Source of the DNA: the human T2T-CHM13v2.0 reference genome, Homo sapiens
NCBI RefSeq assembly: GCF_009914755.1
Contig: NC_060933.1
DNA: 64,000 nucleotides
Reading direction: 5' to 3' (one strand)
Position 1 is the first letter of the stretch, and every line of letters starts with the position of its first letter. The position numbers were made by a program, and so were the translations under genes. The notes below the pieces were generated by a model. It was not told the DNA's origin. It made no database searches and saw only the letters and a program-made list of their open reading frames with translations. Of the stretch, positions 42,850 to 55,445 are shown piece by piece.

Positions 42850-43450
42850 GTTTCATATCCTGACTAATATATGATACATGTGACTAAGCCATATCCTGGA
42901 ATCAAACCACTGCTATTCTATTTCTAGTGAGGAAATTGTTTTTCCCTTATTTTCTTAATATGATAATTTACATTACTTAATTTTTAAATATTAGGCTAAC
43001 CTTACTATTTCTATAGAAAACCCAATTTAATAATGATATATTTTATATCTGTCAGTGGACTATATTAGCTAATATGTGTATTTAGTATTTTGCATATCTT
43101 ACATTACAGTCATGAGAGTGATTCACCTGTAATTTTTCTTTCAGTGGCCTCATCAGGTTTTGGTTTTTGTTTTATAAAGATTATGCATTGGAAAAGTGTT
43201 ATTTCTGTATTTTCTAAAAGTTATGAAATTTTTAAAAATATATGTAAAATTTATTTCTTAAATTCTACATACCTAAAGTTTCCTTTTGGAAAGGTTTTTT
43301 ATTTATGAACTCAAGTACTTTAACAGATATGGGACTATTCAGATTTCTATTTCTTATGTTAATTGTAATAAGCTCATTTATTTTAGGAAATTGTTCACTT
43401 CATCTAAGTTGACAAATTTGTTGTCATAAAATGCCTCATATTATTACATT
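42850..43450 (-). mobile_element. Old L1M ORF2 fragment
   Basis: T-rich; CATCAGGTTTTGGT, GGACTATTCAGATTTCTATTTCTT and TTCATCTAAGTTGACAAATTTG. Confidence 0.65.
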
Positions 43451-43598
43451 ATACTAAAATGCTGAGACTACTGAAAAGGTAGTCTTGAGGCAGCAGCTGA
43501 GATGAAGAGAAATTAATAGTTCAGTCTCAGTGCTCTGATATATAGATATTACATTCTGTGTAGACATCTAGTACCCAGTTTGATACTTGCTCATTACA

Positions 43599-44436
43599 AC
43601 TTTATAATGTGTTTAATGTCTACTAAGTCAAGGACAATTTCTTTTTCCTTTTTCAGAATGCCCTTGATCATTCTTGTACATATTTCTTTATTTATTTATT
43701 TTTGAGATGGAGTCTCACTCTGTCGCCCAGGCTGGAGTGCAGTGGCACTATCTCGGCTTACTACAAAGTCCACCTCCTGGGTTCACACCATTCACCTGCC
43801 TCAGCCTCCTGAGTAGCTGGCACTACAGATGTCTGCCACCACACCTGGCTAATTTTTTTGTATTTATAGTAGAGATGGGGTTTCACCATGTTAGCCAAGA
43901 TGGTCTCCACCTCCTGACCTCGTGATCTGCCTGCCTCGGCCTCCCAAAGTGTATTTATTTATTTATTTTTGTATTTTTAGTAGAGACAGGGTTTCACCAT
44001 GTTGGTCAGGCTGATCTCGAACTCCTGACCTCAGGTGGTCCGCCCGCCTCAGCCTCCCGAAGGCTGGGATTACAGGCGTGAGCCACTGTGACTGGTGACA
44101 TTTATATTTACTTGTGAATTTTAGAATTTGATTATTAAGTTATAGAAAATATTATTAATATTTTGTAGGTATTAGATTGCACTTTCAGAATAATTTAGAA
44201 AGACTGACATTTCAAAGAAAATTCAACATTCCTTCACATGAAAACAGATTACTAATTGATTTATCCAGATGTTCTCATATGCTGAAAAATAGTACTTATA
44301 TTGGTGTTTATATCCAGCCACTTCCTTACTGATTTTAATGATTCATCATTGGAGTTAATTAGGAGAAAATCATATTGCTTGAAGAAATTAGCCATAAACA
44401 CTTTATAATGTGTTTAATGTCTACTAAGTCAAGGAC
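43599..44436. repeat. Exact 37-bp dispersed direct repeat (43599-43635 and 44400-44436)
   Basis: ACTTTATAATGTGTTTAATGTCTACTAAGTCAAGGAC occurs twice, 801 bp apart. Confidence 0.95.
43685..44096 (-). mobile_element. Composite Alu: AluSc/Y-like dimer (43685-43951) plus AluSx-like left monomer (43952-44096)
   Basis: The dimer ends at CTCCCAAAGTG, then (TATT)n and a second left arm GTATTTTTAGTAGAGAC...GCGTGAGCCACTG. Confidence 0.88.
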
Positions 44437-44448
44437 TTAGTAGTCCTC

Positions 44449-44588
44449 TAATATATAATATATAATTAAAATAACTATATATAATAATTTTATATATTTT
44501 ATATATAAAGTTATTATAATATATAATTGAAATAATATATAATTAAATATATATAATATACAATTAAAATATATAATTAAAATAACTA
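44449..44588. repeat. AT-only low-complexity tract
   Basis: Directly visible; contains AATATATAATTAAAATAACTA twice. Confidence 0.9.
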
Positions 44589-46530
44589 GAATGGGGAGAA
44601 ACCAAAATGAATACAAACAGTAACAGTGAATGAACAATAACAGTAATATTGATAAAACTGCTTCACTAAAGTGAGTGCCGAAGAAAAACTAATTTGTGTA
44701 ACTGTCTCTGGAAATCAGTATTTTGGCTACATATTTTAAGGCTACTGACAAAAATAACTACATAGAAATATTGTACTCTATTAATGTATGTGTTTGTCAC
44801 AAGAATATAAGTTAATAATTCTGAAACTGCTCTACATGTATTGTAGGACTGAATAAATATTTTAAGTACATATTTTATTTATTTGAATAAATATGTATGA
44901 ATGAGAGTCAATTTTCTTTTTTTATTTCTTTTTCTTGGTAAGAGACAAGGTCTTGCTCTGTTGCCCAGGCTGGAGTACAATGGAGTGATCAGAGCCCACT
45001 GCAACCACAAACTCCTGAGTTCAAGCAATCCTCCTGCCTCAGCCTCTCACAGTACTGGGATTACAGGCACAAGCCGTAGTGCCCAGCTAAGAGTCAATCT
45101 TCTTACTTTCAAAAAAGAGATTTAGTTACCAATAAGAAAGTGGAAAGGAGAGATTTAATCCTTTAGTTTAAAATTAGAATTAGAGGTTTCATACGAACTA
45201 ACGATTTTAATGATAGAAAGATGTGTTCATATATGTTTCCCAGCTCTCTGCTGAGAGGGCTAGAAGCAATGGCATCACAGTAGCAATGAGCTTAGTTCCT
45301 AGGTATTGATTTCTGTATGCTTCTTTAATAAAGTGAACCAGAACTCCTTGGAAAATGACTGATTTCAGGGATGGGCAGGGAAAGTGTGAGATGTACCTGG
45401 AAATTATTTTGGTGCCAGAAAGAGAGGAGATGCTCAAAACTGATTAAAATATGTTGAAAGAATTCAGGAGACAATAGGAAAAATCTCCCAGGTGACACAT
45501 ATGGGACAACTTGAGCACAATTTAAAAAATGAGGGCAACGGATTAAACCCATAGACTAAGATAAACATCTATGTCTTCCTAATAATAAATAAATGAAGGA
45601 GAGACAGAAGTTCATAGTAATAGCTGAATTAGAATAAATAAAATGGAAATAATGGAAATATGAATACAAACAATTTTCCATAGTAGTACTCCTTACAAGC
45701 AAGAATCATCAATGAATGTTAAAATTAAAGAGCAAACTTATGATGAGAAAGAAGATATATGCATAATTTTAAGATATCTTCTACATATACTTAATTCCAT
45801 TGGTAAAATAGTAATTTTACACCTAAGAAATATGGCACATATCACATTACTTACATTAAGCAAGTAACCAAAGCTAAAGTCAACAAGGAAAAGAAACATA
45901 GACATAAGGTGCCTCTGATATGGGAAGCACACAGTATCACTTCTGTTGTATCATTGCCAAATATTAATAACCTGAACAAAATCATGAGAGAACATTATAT
46001 AAATGAAAATTGAGAGATATTTGACATAAAAACTGTCTTGTACTCTTCAAACACATTAAGGTCATAAAAAACAATAAAAACAGAAACTGTTCCAGATCCA
46101 AAGAGACTAATTGTACATGACAATTAAATGAATTATGTGGATCTGGATCGGATCCTGGATCAGACAAAGAGCATTGGTGGATATATGCTGCAATTTAAAT
46201 GCGGTCTCTATTTAATTAGTAAATTGTATCGTTAATTTTCTGGATTTGATAATTATATTATGATTTAATAAATGTTAACACTTGGGAAGATGTTTGAAGG
46301 ACACAGATACTTTGCACCTTTTTGTAAAATTTGTGTAAATCTGAAACCATTTTCATATAAAATATTTAAAAAGGAAATACATGGTTTTGGTATTATACTA
46401 TAGTTATGTAAGATATAATCATTGGAGGAAACTCAGTGAAGGGCAGATAGATAGAACCATCTTGAACTATGTTTTACAATTTAATGTGACTCTAGAATTA
46501 TTTTAAAATAAATAGTTTTTAGAAACTCTA
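44585..46530 (+). mobile_element. Old L1 (L1MC4/5- and L1ME-like) 3' region
   Basis: CAGCTCTCTGCTGAGAGGGCTAGAAGCAATGGCA...GAACCAGAACTCCTTGGAAAATGACTGATTTCAGG; GTCTTGTACTCTTCAAACACATTAAGGTCATAAAA. Confidence 0.75.
44927..45088 (-). mobile_element. FRAM/FAM Alu monomer
   Basis: Single right-arm-type monomer; TSD AGAGTCAAT(T/C)TTCTT. Confidence 0.85.
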
Positions 46531-46537
46531 CAATGTT

Positions 46538-47168
46538 CTCATGACTGTAATCCCAGCACTTTGAGAGGCAAAGACAGGCGGATCACTTGAGGGGAGGAGT
46601 TTGAGATTAGCCTGGCCAACATGGTGAAAACCCGTCTCTACTAAAAATACCAAAAAAAAGGCCGGGCGCGGTGGCTCAAGTCTGTAATCCCAGCACTTTG
46701 GGAGGCCGAGGCGAGCGGATCATGAGGTCAGGAGATCAAGACCATTCTGGCTAACACAGTGAAACCCCATCTCCACTAAAAATACAAAAAATTAGCCAGG
46801 TGTGGTGGCGGCACCTGTAGTCCCAGCTACTCGGGGGGGCTGAGGCAGGAGAATGGCGTTGAGCCCAAGAGGTGGAGCTTGCAGTGAGCCGAGATCACGC
46901 CACTGCAGTCCAGCCTGGGCGACAGAGAGAGACTTCATCTTATTAAAAAAAAAAAAAAATTGTATATATATACCAAAAAAAAAAAAAAAAATTAGCTGGC
47001 CATGGTGGTGGGTGCCTGCAATCCTAGCTACTTGGGAGACTGAGGCTGGAGAATTGCTTGAACTGGGAAGGCAACCGTTGCAGTGAGTTAAGATCGCGCC
47101 ACTACACTCCAGCCTGGGTGACAGAGCGAGACTCTATCAAAATAAAACCAAAAACAAACCAACAAAAA
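46538..47168 (+). mobile_element. AluS host (left arm 46538-46659; right arm about 46975-47168)
   Basis: The two arms are separated by an inserted AluY at the central A-rich linker. Confidence 0.88.
46660..46959 (+). mobile_element. AluY nested in the AluS linker
   Basis: GGCCGGGCGCGGTGGCTC...GGAGAATGGCGT...GGAGCTTGCAGTGAGCCGAGATC; TSD-like ATACCAAAAAAAA. Confidence 0.92.
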
Positions 47169-47169
47169 C

Positions 47170-47690
47170 TATAAAATATGTTAAAAGCTGACTAAGAAAA
47201 AGACATACAACCTCCAGAAAAACAATGTGTAGATTGATAGCTAAGTTCTCAACAGAAAATATGAAGCCAGAAGATGATGGGTGGATATCTTCAAAGAGTT
47301 GAAAGAAAATAATAACAACATTGCATTCTATTTTCTTTGAAATTATATTTCAATTGTAAAAGTAAAATAGATATATTCAGACAAAAACTAAGAGATTTTT
47401 GTTAACTATCTGTTGTAAATGATACATTAAGAAAAATATCTACAATAAAGTTCAGAGATACAAAAATTTGTGGAATTGAAATGTAAAAACCAGTGGAATT
47501 AAAATTAGAAAGTGTAAATGAATCATAACTATAAAATGCAAATTCTTTTTATACATAATAAAATGTATGGCAATCATAGAATACACAGGAAGGTAAATAG
47601 AAATATGTTCTAAGGACACTGAATTGTCTGGGAATTTAGTAAAGTGCTGATCATTATTTCAGTAATTATGCTGTAATGAAGTAGATAGAC
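47170..47690 (+). mobile_element. Old L1M ORF1-region fragment
   Basis: TTCTCAACAGAAAATATGAAGCCAGAAGATGATGG...ATCTTCAAAGAGTTGAAAGAAAA. Confidence 0.6.
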
Positions 47691-47699
47691 ATTAAAAGT

Positions 47700-48590
47700 C
47701 TCAAGTTTTAGTTTAATGGAATCATTGTGTGTCCCCTGGTAGAAATATATATTTTTTTAAAGTACAGTCTCTAAAGCGGCAGAGCCTAAAGTCACAGAAA
47801 CAGAAGCAAAAATGTTTTTAACGGATCACCAGGGATAAAAATGAAAGGATCTATTTATTTACACATCTTCATGAGATTCATAAATATGAAAGAATAGCAC
47901 CATAAATTGAACTCTGATTTAGTGCATACAGTAGTACATCCTGCGGACATTGTTCAAGCCCTGCAAAGTGTTACCACCTACTTGGCCCTGTATCTGGGTC
48001 TTCAGAAACAATTTCACTTTTCCATTCAGACAGTTGCTTCTAGTTCATGGGGAACATAGTGAAATCAATGAAAACCATGAGCATAAATCTATGGCCACAC
48101 TTCATTTGCTGTAAAGTGAGGTCCCTGGTCGTAAGTGATGCTTCTGGGAAAAATGATAAGATATTCTGTATGTCCAAGGATGTCATAAATACCGAAAAGG
48201 CAAATCTACATCCAGAATATATGTCTAGTACAGTAAAATCAGAGAGCTGCCACTTCCATAATAGAAGTAGTCCAACTTAATCCACCAATGGGTAGATGGC
48301 TAATAACCCTGGGGAATAGTGCAGTTTGGGGGATGCAGTGTTGGTCTTTGCTCTTGGAAGACTGGACACACAAAAATAGCTGCAACTAGATGGGTGTTGA
48401 CAAGTGGAAGTCCTCATTCCTGAGAATATACATAATCTCATCCCTGCTAATATGGCCACTTTGTCCATGAGATAATTGGAGAACAATAGCAGTGGCTGAG
48501 GAAGGAGACTGATTTATTTTTCCAGGATAAATCATCATGAATATTAAAATTCTCCTGTACCGAGATCCATCTGTCAAAACTCTATACAAA
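47700..48590 (-). mobile_element. ERVL-type internal remnant (pol/integrase)
   Basis: The minus-strand peptide SHGQSGHISRD (ORF 48386-48589) resembles the HERV-L integrase N-terminal AHEQSGHGGRD. Also GGCCACACTTCATTTGCTGTAAAGTGAG. Confidence 0.7.
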
Positions 48591-49330
48591 TTATTTGGTT
48601 TCTTGGGAGTACCTTTGTTCTTCTAATGCACACCCTGGCTAAATTTCTTGATTTTCCTTAAAGTTTCCTTCCTTAGAAACTGATATCTCCTTGCAGTTAC
48701 CTTACTGTCTCCCTTTTCTGTGAGGTCACTGTTGAAATGTGGATTGTTGTAAAGCCAGGGACACATTCGTTTCTTAGTAGATTATAATTAGATCTGCAGA
48801 TGAAGGCCATGGGTTTGAGGGTAAAATCACTGTCTCCCTGGGAATTTAATTACCAAACACATGATAAGTTCTACTTTGCCTGCCTTACAGTAGTTTTAAG
48901 TACTATTTTTCATCGTCAGTATCTAACTAGGAAGCGTCCTCTTTGATCAGATGATTACCTTTTTTAAGAGAAGAAATGCTTGCAAAATACTACATTGCTA
49001 GTTGAATATTCCTAACGTTTTTGTCCCATAGGAAAGAATGAATTAAACAGGCCAAACAGATCAACTTTAAATTGAAAAAAAAAACACAAAAACAAACAAA
49101 CAAAAAAAAACCTTATTGTTGCCAGGAAAGTAGATGCATAAATGCCACTCTGGTATCCTGGCCATCTTAAAGGGCAATTCTTCTTGATATGGAGGTAGTA
49201 AGTATAACATATTCAAATTATCTAAACGATAGGAATCATAATATTTTATGCTTTTTCTAGCAGAATTATTGGTAAAACAAGAATACTTCTAAACATACCT
49301 TCATTCCACGTGTTAGAAAGCAATATTGGG

Positions 49331-49705
<375 letters not shown>

Positions 49706-50609
49706 TTAAGGTCCATTCACTTCTTCCCTCATTCAAGGAATTCCCCACGAGATCTATCCACAAGTATCAATTTTCTTAATATTTTTTGATTAAGTTGTTG
49801 GAGAAGCCATGCTATTGCATTTCAAATGAAGCTTCCTTTACACTTTGATGTTCAAAATCATTGTGTACAAAAACTAAAACCTATTAGACAATATTTATTG
49901 GTACTCCCTATCCTTCTTTACTCCACAAAAGGTATGCCAGGGATTTAATAAGTAATTGGTATAGGATACATTGAGCTTAGAGAGCTGATGTGCAGTTGAA
50001 ATTAAGAAAGTTTTATACTATGAATTTGTTCATATGTGTTTACACTTAAGTTCACGTAGAGCAACAATTTCAAGAGAGGTAAATCAATAGCAAAGCAGTT
50101 AACATCAGGTTCCTTAGGATTTTGAAACAAAGATTTTAGCCATCAGAGGCCAGAGTAGATAAATTTAGCAAGATCACATTAGTATAATTATTATAAAAGA
50201 AAATTTTACTTTTTCCATATGGTTAAGATTATTGGAAGGAGTTAATAAAATACATAGCATGTTTGTAATTAAGACACAAACTCTAATTAACTTAGATCCT
50301 GAATGGCTTTTGCTAAGTCTGTCTCCACAGGCTCTCAAAGAAACCTGATAACTCTGGAGTTAAATTCCCTAATAAATTATAAAAGTAATTAAGGACAAGA
50401 AAATACAGAATATTTATAAGTGACCAAATCTGCGCAGCTGGAAGAGCTAACACCAGGTCTCATAAAACTTCATGTGTATCCGGCAGGGTTAGAGTTGTCA
50501 ACTTTATATGGTAAAATTGAGTGGAGACGAGCAGCTTTCATAGGAAAATAGCAACCATGGTAGGCATATCTTACTTATTTTGGAAAACAAGGGAAAATTG
50601 GTATGTTTC

Positions 50610-51335
50610 CTGAAATATTTATTGATGATTGTGTTTCAAGCATGATAGAAGAAGACAGTTATGACAGAAAGACTAAGGACATATGGTATTTTACTTAAAG
50701 GAGCTCAGAATCTGTACAGGTAACTTCATTAATAAGTACTGTTATAAAAGGATACACAGAGAATTATTTAAGCCCAGAGAAATAGGATGTTACCCCGCCC
50801 GAAGGAAGGTTATCAGAGAACGCTTCCTGGAAGAAATGACACGTGAACTTATTCTTGAAATATGAGTAGAAGGTCTTAAAGTGAAAAAGCAGAAGACAGG
50901 AAGACAGTATCTCAAGCAGGTTTTTCAGAGTAAGCACAGATAGAATGGAGTAAAATGGCTTGGGGCGTGCAGTTTTTCAGTACACCGATTAAAATAATGA
51001 AGCCAAGAAGTGCCATGAAGAAAGGCCAGAGATGTGGGCAGGGGTCATTTTATAGAAGACATTTTATTCTAAACAAAGAAACTTGAAGCCTTTTAACAAA
51101 TGAGCTCCTCGTCAGAGTTCCTTGTTTGAATGCTCACTTTGCCAATAGATCAGGACAGAGGGAAGAAAAGTTGGTTAGGGTGATAAGTAAGAGTCTGATA
51201 TAGTCAGGGAGAATACAGAGAGAAGGCATGTAGATTCAATAAATATTTAGAAATTAGCATCATTAGACATTGATTTGGATGTGGGAAATGAGAGGGTAAA
51301 AATAAGAAGTCAAGGATATTTTCCAGGAGGAGAAA
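50610..51335 (-). mobile_element. L2 fragments
   Basis: AATATTTATTGA..., GCTTCCTGGAAGAAATGAC and TGATTTGGATGTGGGAAATGAGAG...GAAGTCAAGGAT. Confidence 0.65.
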
Positions 51336-52447
51336 CAGACATTTAGAGGTAGAAGAAAGGGTTTCTCACTTTACCCACTAGACTTAAAGAAGCATTACTG
51401 AGCTAAGTTTGCAAGCTACCTTGGGAAGTCTAGCCCTGTTCTGAGAAAGTACAAGAAATAATTCTGGCTTTTGAAGACTAGAGTATATAGCTAGAAGAAG
51501 GTTTTCTTGAAACTAGGCTGTTTGGGGCCAAGTAAACTAATTTTTTTAAACTGAAAATAAGTGATTCTGGAAGTTGACATTCTATCTTGTTTTTGACACT
51601 CATATATTGAGACAAGATAAAATTTCAGTAGAAAAGGACATTGACCAGTTTGTAAAAGTGATGTGAAGTAGTAGGACACTCCATCCAACTTTACCAAGTG
51701 TTCCTTTGCCCTGGTATGATCCACGGTGGTATGTAAAGTTATATATCCCATTGGTCCATAATGAAAAAAATTCACGTGAATAGGAATAAGCTACCAAAAT
51801 ATGAGATCTTTGAGGGAATGGGATATATTGTAGACATTTATTGACAGCGCTAGCATAGCATTGGATACACAGTAGGAGCACAAGTAATGAGGGCTAGATT
51901 TAATTGAATGACATTGAAATAAAGCTGTTAGTTACTAACTGCAGATTGAGCTCTGCAAAATGTGTTACAAAGCATTTCAGTACAGCATCTTGGTGGTTGA
52001 AATTGTTCGTAACTAGATTAAGCAGACAATTTTTATCAAATAGTAACATGTCATAAAGATAGGAGGAGAAACTAATAAAAAACATTTTTTATGTACTAGC
52101 CTAGAAGGACCATAGGCCCTAATTATCAAGGAAATAGCTCCTTCAATCATCATTGTCTCATATGTCCTAGGGAATAATGCTACAAAATTCTCTCCTGCTG
52201 TGCCATAATTGGCTTTACCATTAATGCAGTCCCTGGCTCCTTTTTCTCTTGTGGTGTTTATATGTTTCTCCCCATCATGTCAGATATTATTTTACCGCAA
52301 AACCCTTTTTTAAATTATGCAGAATGCAAAAGTATCTCAAGTAGATTTTCTACACGAAAGGAAATTAACATCTATTTTACATATGATATGTGCCACAGAT
52401 TGTACCAGATATTATACATAAATTTAATTAAAATTAACAATATTTTC

Positions 52448-52575
52448 TACTCTGGAGGCTGAGGCAGGAGGATCACTTGAGCTCAGGAGTTCGAGGTTGT
52501 AGTAAGCTTTCATCATGCCACTGCACTCTGGCCTGGGCAACAAAGTTAGACCTAGTCTCTAAAAAAAAATAAAAA
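52448..52575 (+). mobile_element. 5'-truncated Alu right arm (AluJ/FRAM) inside a MIR (about 52380-52748)
   Basis: TACTCTGGAGGCTGAGGCAGGAGGATCACTTGAG...; TSD AAAATT(A/C)ACAATATTTT. Confidence 0.85.
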
Positions 52576-54566
52576 TTCACAATATTTTATAGAATAAGTA
52601 TTATTATTATTCATTTTATATATGTGAAAACCAATGCTTGGAGAGGTTAAGTAGCTTCTCAAGTTCCCACAGATACAGAGATGCAGATAAAATATCAATG
52701 TAGGTCTTCAGGCCTCAAAAGCCATGGCTTTCCACTGAACCATGCTGTCTATGAAGTACATATTGGAGGAACCTTCTCATTTTCCATGTATTAGGCTCCA
52801 AATAAATAAATCACCCTAGTACAATTTTTACGTTTTCAAATTCAATTTCATAAAATGGTGTTTGTCACCTATTCAGGACTTCACTGTTTGTTTTACTTTC
52901 TCGTATCCCTAAGTAGTATTGACATCCCTGTCCACTATCCTCCTAGTGGACACCAAGTGCATATCCTTCTGGCCTACTGCACTCCTAAAATGTCCTCATG
53001 ATCCTTGGATCTCCCTTTTCTGTATCCTGCCCTCACCTGTAGTAACTCCTCACAATCAGCCAGTCAGTCTAAACTGAGTAATAAGATCTTTCTCCCTGCA
53101 CCTTAGCCTCATCTCTTCGTGGGTTACCTCTGCCCCTTTCCTACACAGCAGCCACTCTGAAATGCGTGTAGTTCCGCAAATATGCCAGACTATTTTATCC
53201 CATTTTGACTTTGTTCATGTTATCATCTTTGCTAGGAGTATTTCATTTCTTATGGAGAACACCTGTCCATCATTCAACGTTCATTTCAAGTGAAAAGTTC
53301 TTTAAAACATACCATGACCTTTACAGAGGACAAAACACTGCAGTCCAGCCTCTGTTCATAGGTTCTATAAAGGCGTTGTTAAATATATGTGCTAGAAAAA
53401 TCTTGATATGATAAACATAAGATACAGATAAGAACTTCTACTTTTTCAAGACAATGGTTCTGCTTTCAACCGACTGCATTCTTCACAGCACTGCCAATTA
53501 AGTGAAGAAGCTCTGTAGTTGTTTGTGCTTTCTCTACCCTATAACATTATTTGATGGTTAGTGTTTATGCTGTCAGATCTAACTCTGCTGACCTGATTTC
53601 AAATACAATAGAGAAAATTAATCTTAGGATTTTTCTTTTGTGTTTGCCTATCTTCCCGCACTTATTTCTCATTTGCTTTCATTTTAATGAAAGCACCATC
53701 ATGTAAAGAAAAATATGTTAAAAACACACTTCACTAATTTCTTCTTTTTTAAGAAAAAATAAAAATACTGAAAGTGCCCTTGGTATCCATGAAGCCATGT
53801 GTCTGAAGGCTCAAGATGCAATGTTAGCAGTGACAGTGAGATTTATCCAGGGCTATCGCTTGCTTTGAAGATTAACTACCCAGCTGATACACTCAGCATC
53901 ATTTTAGATGTAACTGGGGGTCTTCTACGGTTTTAAATTTTGTTAAAAATTCTAGCCAAGGGTGATAAACTGATTCCAATTTAGCTTCTTCTTTAAACAG
54001 AATCTAAGCCCAGAAATGAAGCCAGCCACACCTTTGAAGTGTTGTTGAACATGGCAACTGAGTGGGGGGCGGGAAGAAGCAGAGGAAGAGAGGTGAGAAT
54101 CGAACTGAGTTTAAAAAGAACCACAGGCTTTGGGTTGCATTTGCTCAACCTCTGGGTTGTTCAGGTAAGGAAAAATATCATTAAAAATAGTGGGGGACCA
54201 ACAAAACAGTTTAAACAACATGTATCCTGGGATTTTTTATTTTCAGGCTAGACGCTTTAGATTTAGTTTAGGTTCTACGTTAAAAACAGAAAGATCCGAA
54301 AAGTATTTCCACCTCTGACATATAAGGCATTGGATTTTTTTTAAAAAAAGATTTTACTGCCATCTACTTAGTTTACTTCTGGTTTATCTTTTGAAGTAGA
54401 TTCCCAGCAGCTAGAGCTATCTAAAATATTAAGTGGTTTTATGGCATTGTCCAAGACTTCTAATACATTCTCCAGAAACACTTTCCCATCAGTGTAAAAT
54501 TTCTAATGTTGGACATTATTTCAGGGGATTGAGACTTGGCATGTTCTTGATTACTTTTAAAATGTA

Positions 54567-54910
54567 GAGTCACATGTCTCTTAACAACACATATACATTC
54601 TGAAAAGTGTGTTATTAGGTAAATTTATCATTGTGGGGACATCATAGGCTACATGTTGGGGACATGATATAAGGACACTAAGGCTATATGGTATAGCCTA
54701 TTTGCTCCAAGGCTGCAAACCTGTATAGCATGTTATTATACTGAATATTGCAGGCAATTGTAACACAACAGTAAGTATGTATGTATCTAAACATATCTAA
54801 ATATAGAACAGGTACGGTAAAAAAAAAAATAGAGTATTGTAATTTTATGATACCACCATCATACATATGGTCCCTCACTGACTGAAACATAGTTAGGTGG
54901 CACATGACTG
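54567..54910 (-). mobile_element. Tigger3a (MER7A) TcMar-Tigger DNA transposon
   Basis: Minus strand starts CAGTCATGTGCCAC...; internal GGTATAGCCTATTTGCTCC and GGCAATTGTAACACAA...TATCTAAACATATCTAAA; TA at the left flank. Confidence 0.85.
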
Positions 54911-55361
54911 TGTGTATCTCTGAGAGGCATAATGGTAACCTTTCAACACTTTATCAGAGATTGGAAAGCAATGACTTGACAAAAGATTCAGAAGGACCAG
55001 GATGGGGGCTGATAAGTTCTGATCTATGAGGTGAGGGAAAGAAGACTGATAAGCTAAAGGTGCTATAGTGCCACAGGAGTTTTACCACAGGTCGAACAGG
55101 AGAAATCAGGAACACCTCAGATGTGTCTACATGTATGAATTCCTTTGAATGTATGGTGATAAATACTAATAGGGATAAAATGGTAAAATGAAATAGTAGC
55201 CCAAACAAATTATATTTGACTCATTCTGTAAAACTCTTTGTTTTGTAAGTTTGGGGATAGGAGCTATAACAAGTGACCCCTTAGGCTCTCAGTTTTCCCA
55301 ATCTATAAAACTGGAGCATTGGACTGTTTTACTAGATCATGTTTAATCTACTTTTTAAGTT

Positions 55362-55445
55362 ATGTGTGTGTATATATATATTTATATATACCTATATATA
55401 AAATATTAAATATATATAGCTATATATAATATATTGTTGATATAC
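55362..55445. repeat. (TG)n(TA)n low-complexity
   Basis: Directly visible in the sequence. Confidence 0.8.

Noticed and set aside
51491-51881. Overlapping minus-strand ORFs of 93-94 aa
   Set aside because: Partly L2-derived, with no recognisable domain or convincing splice sites.
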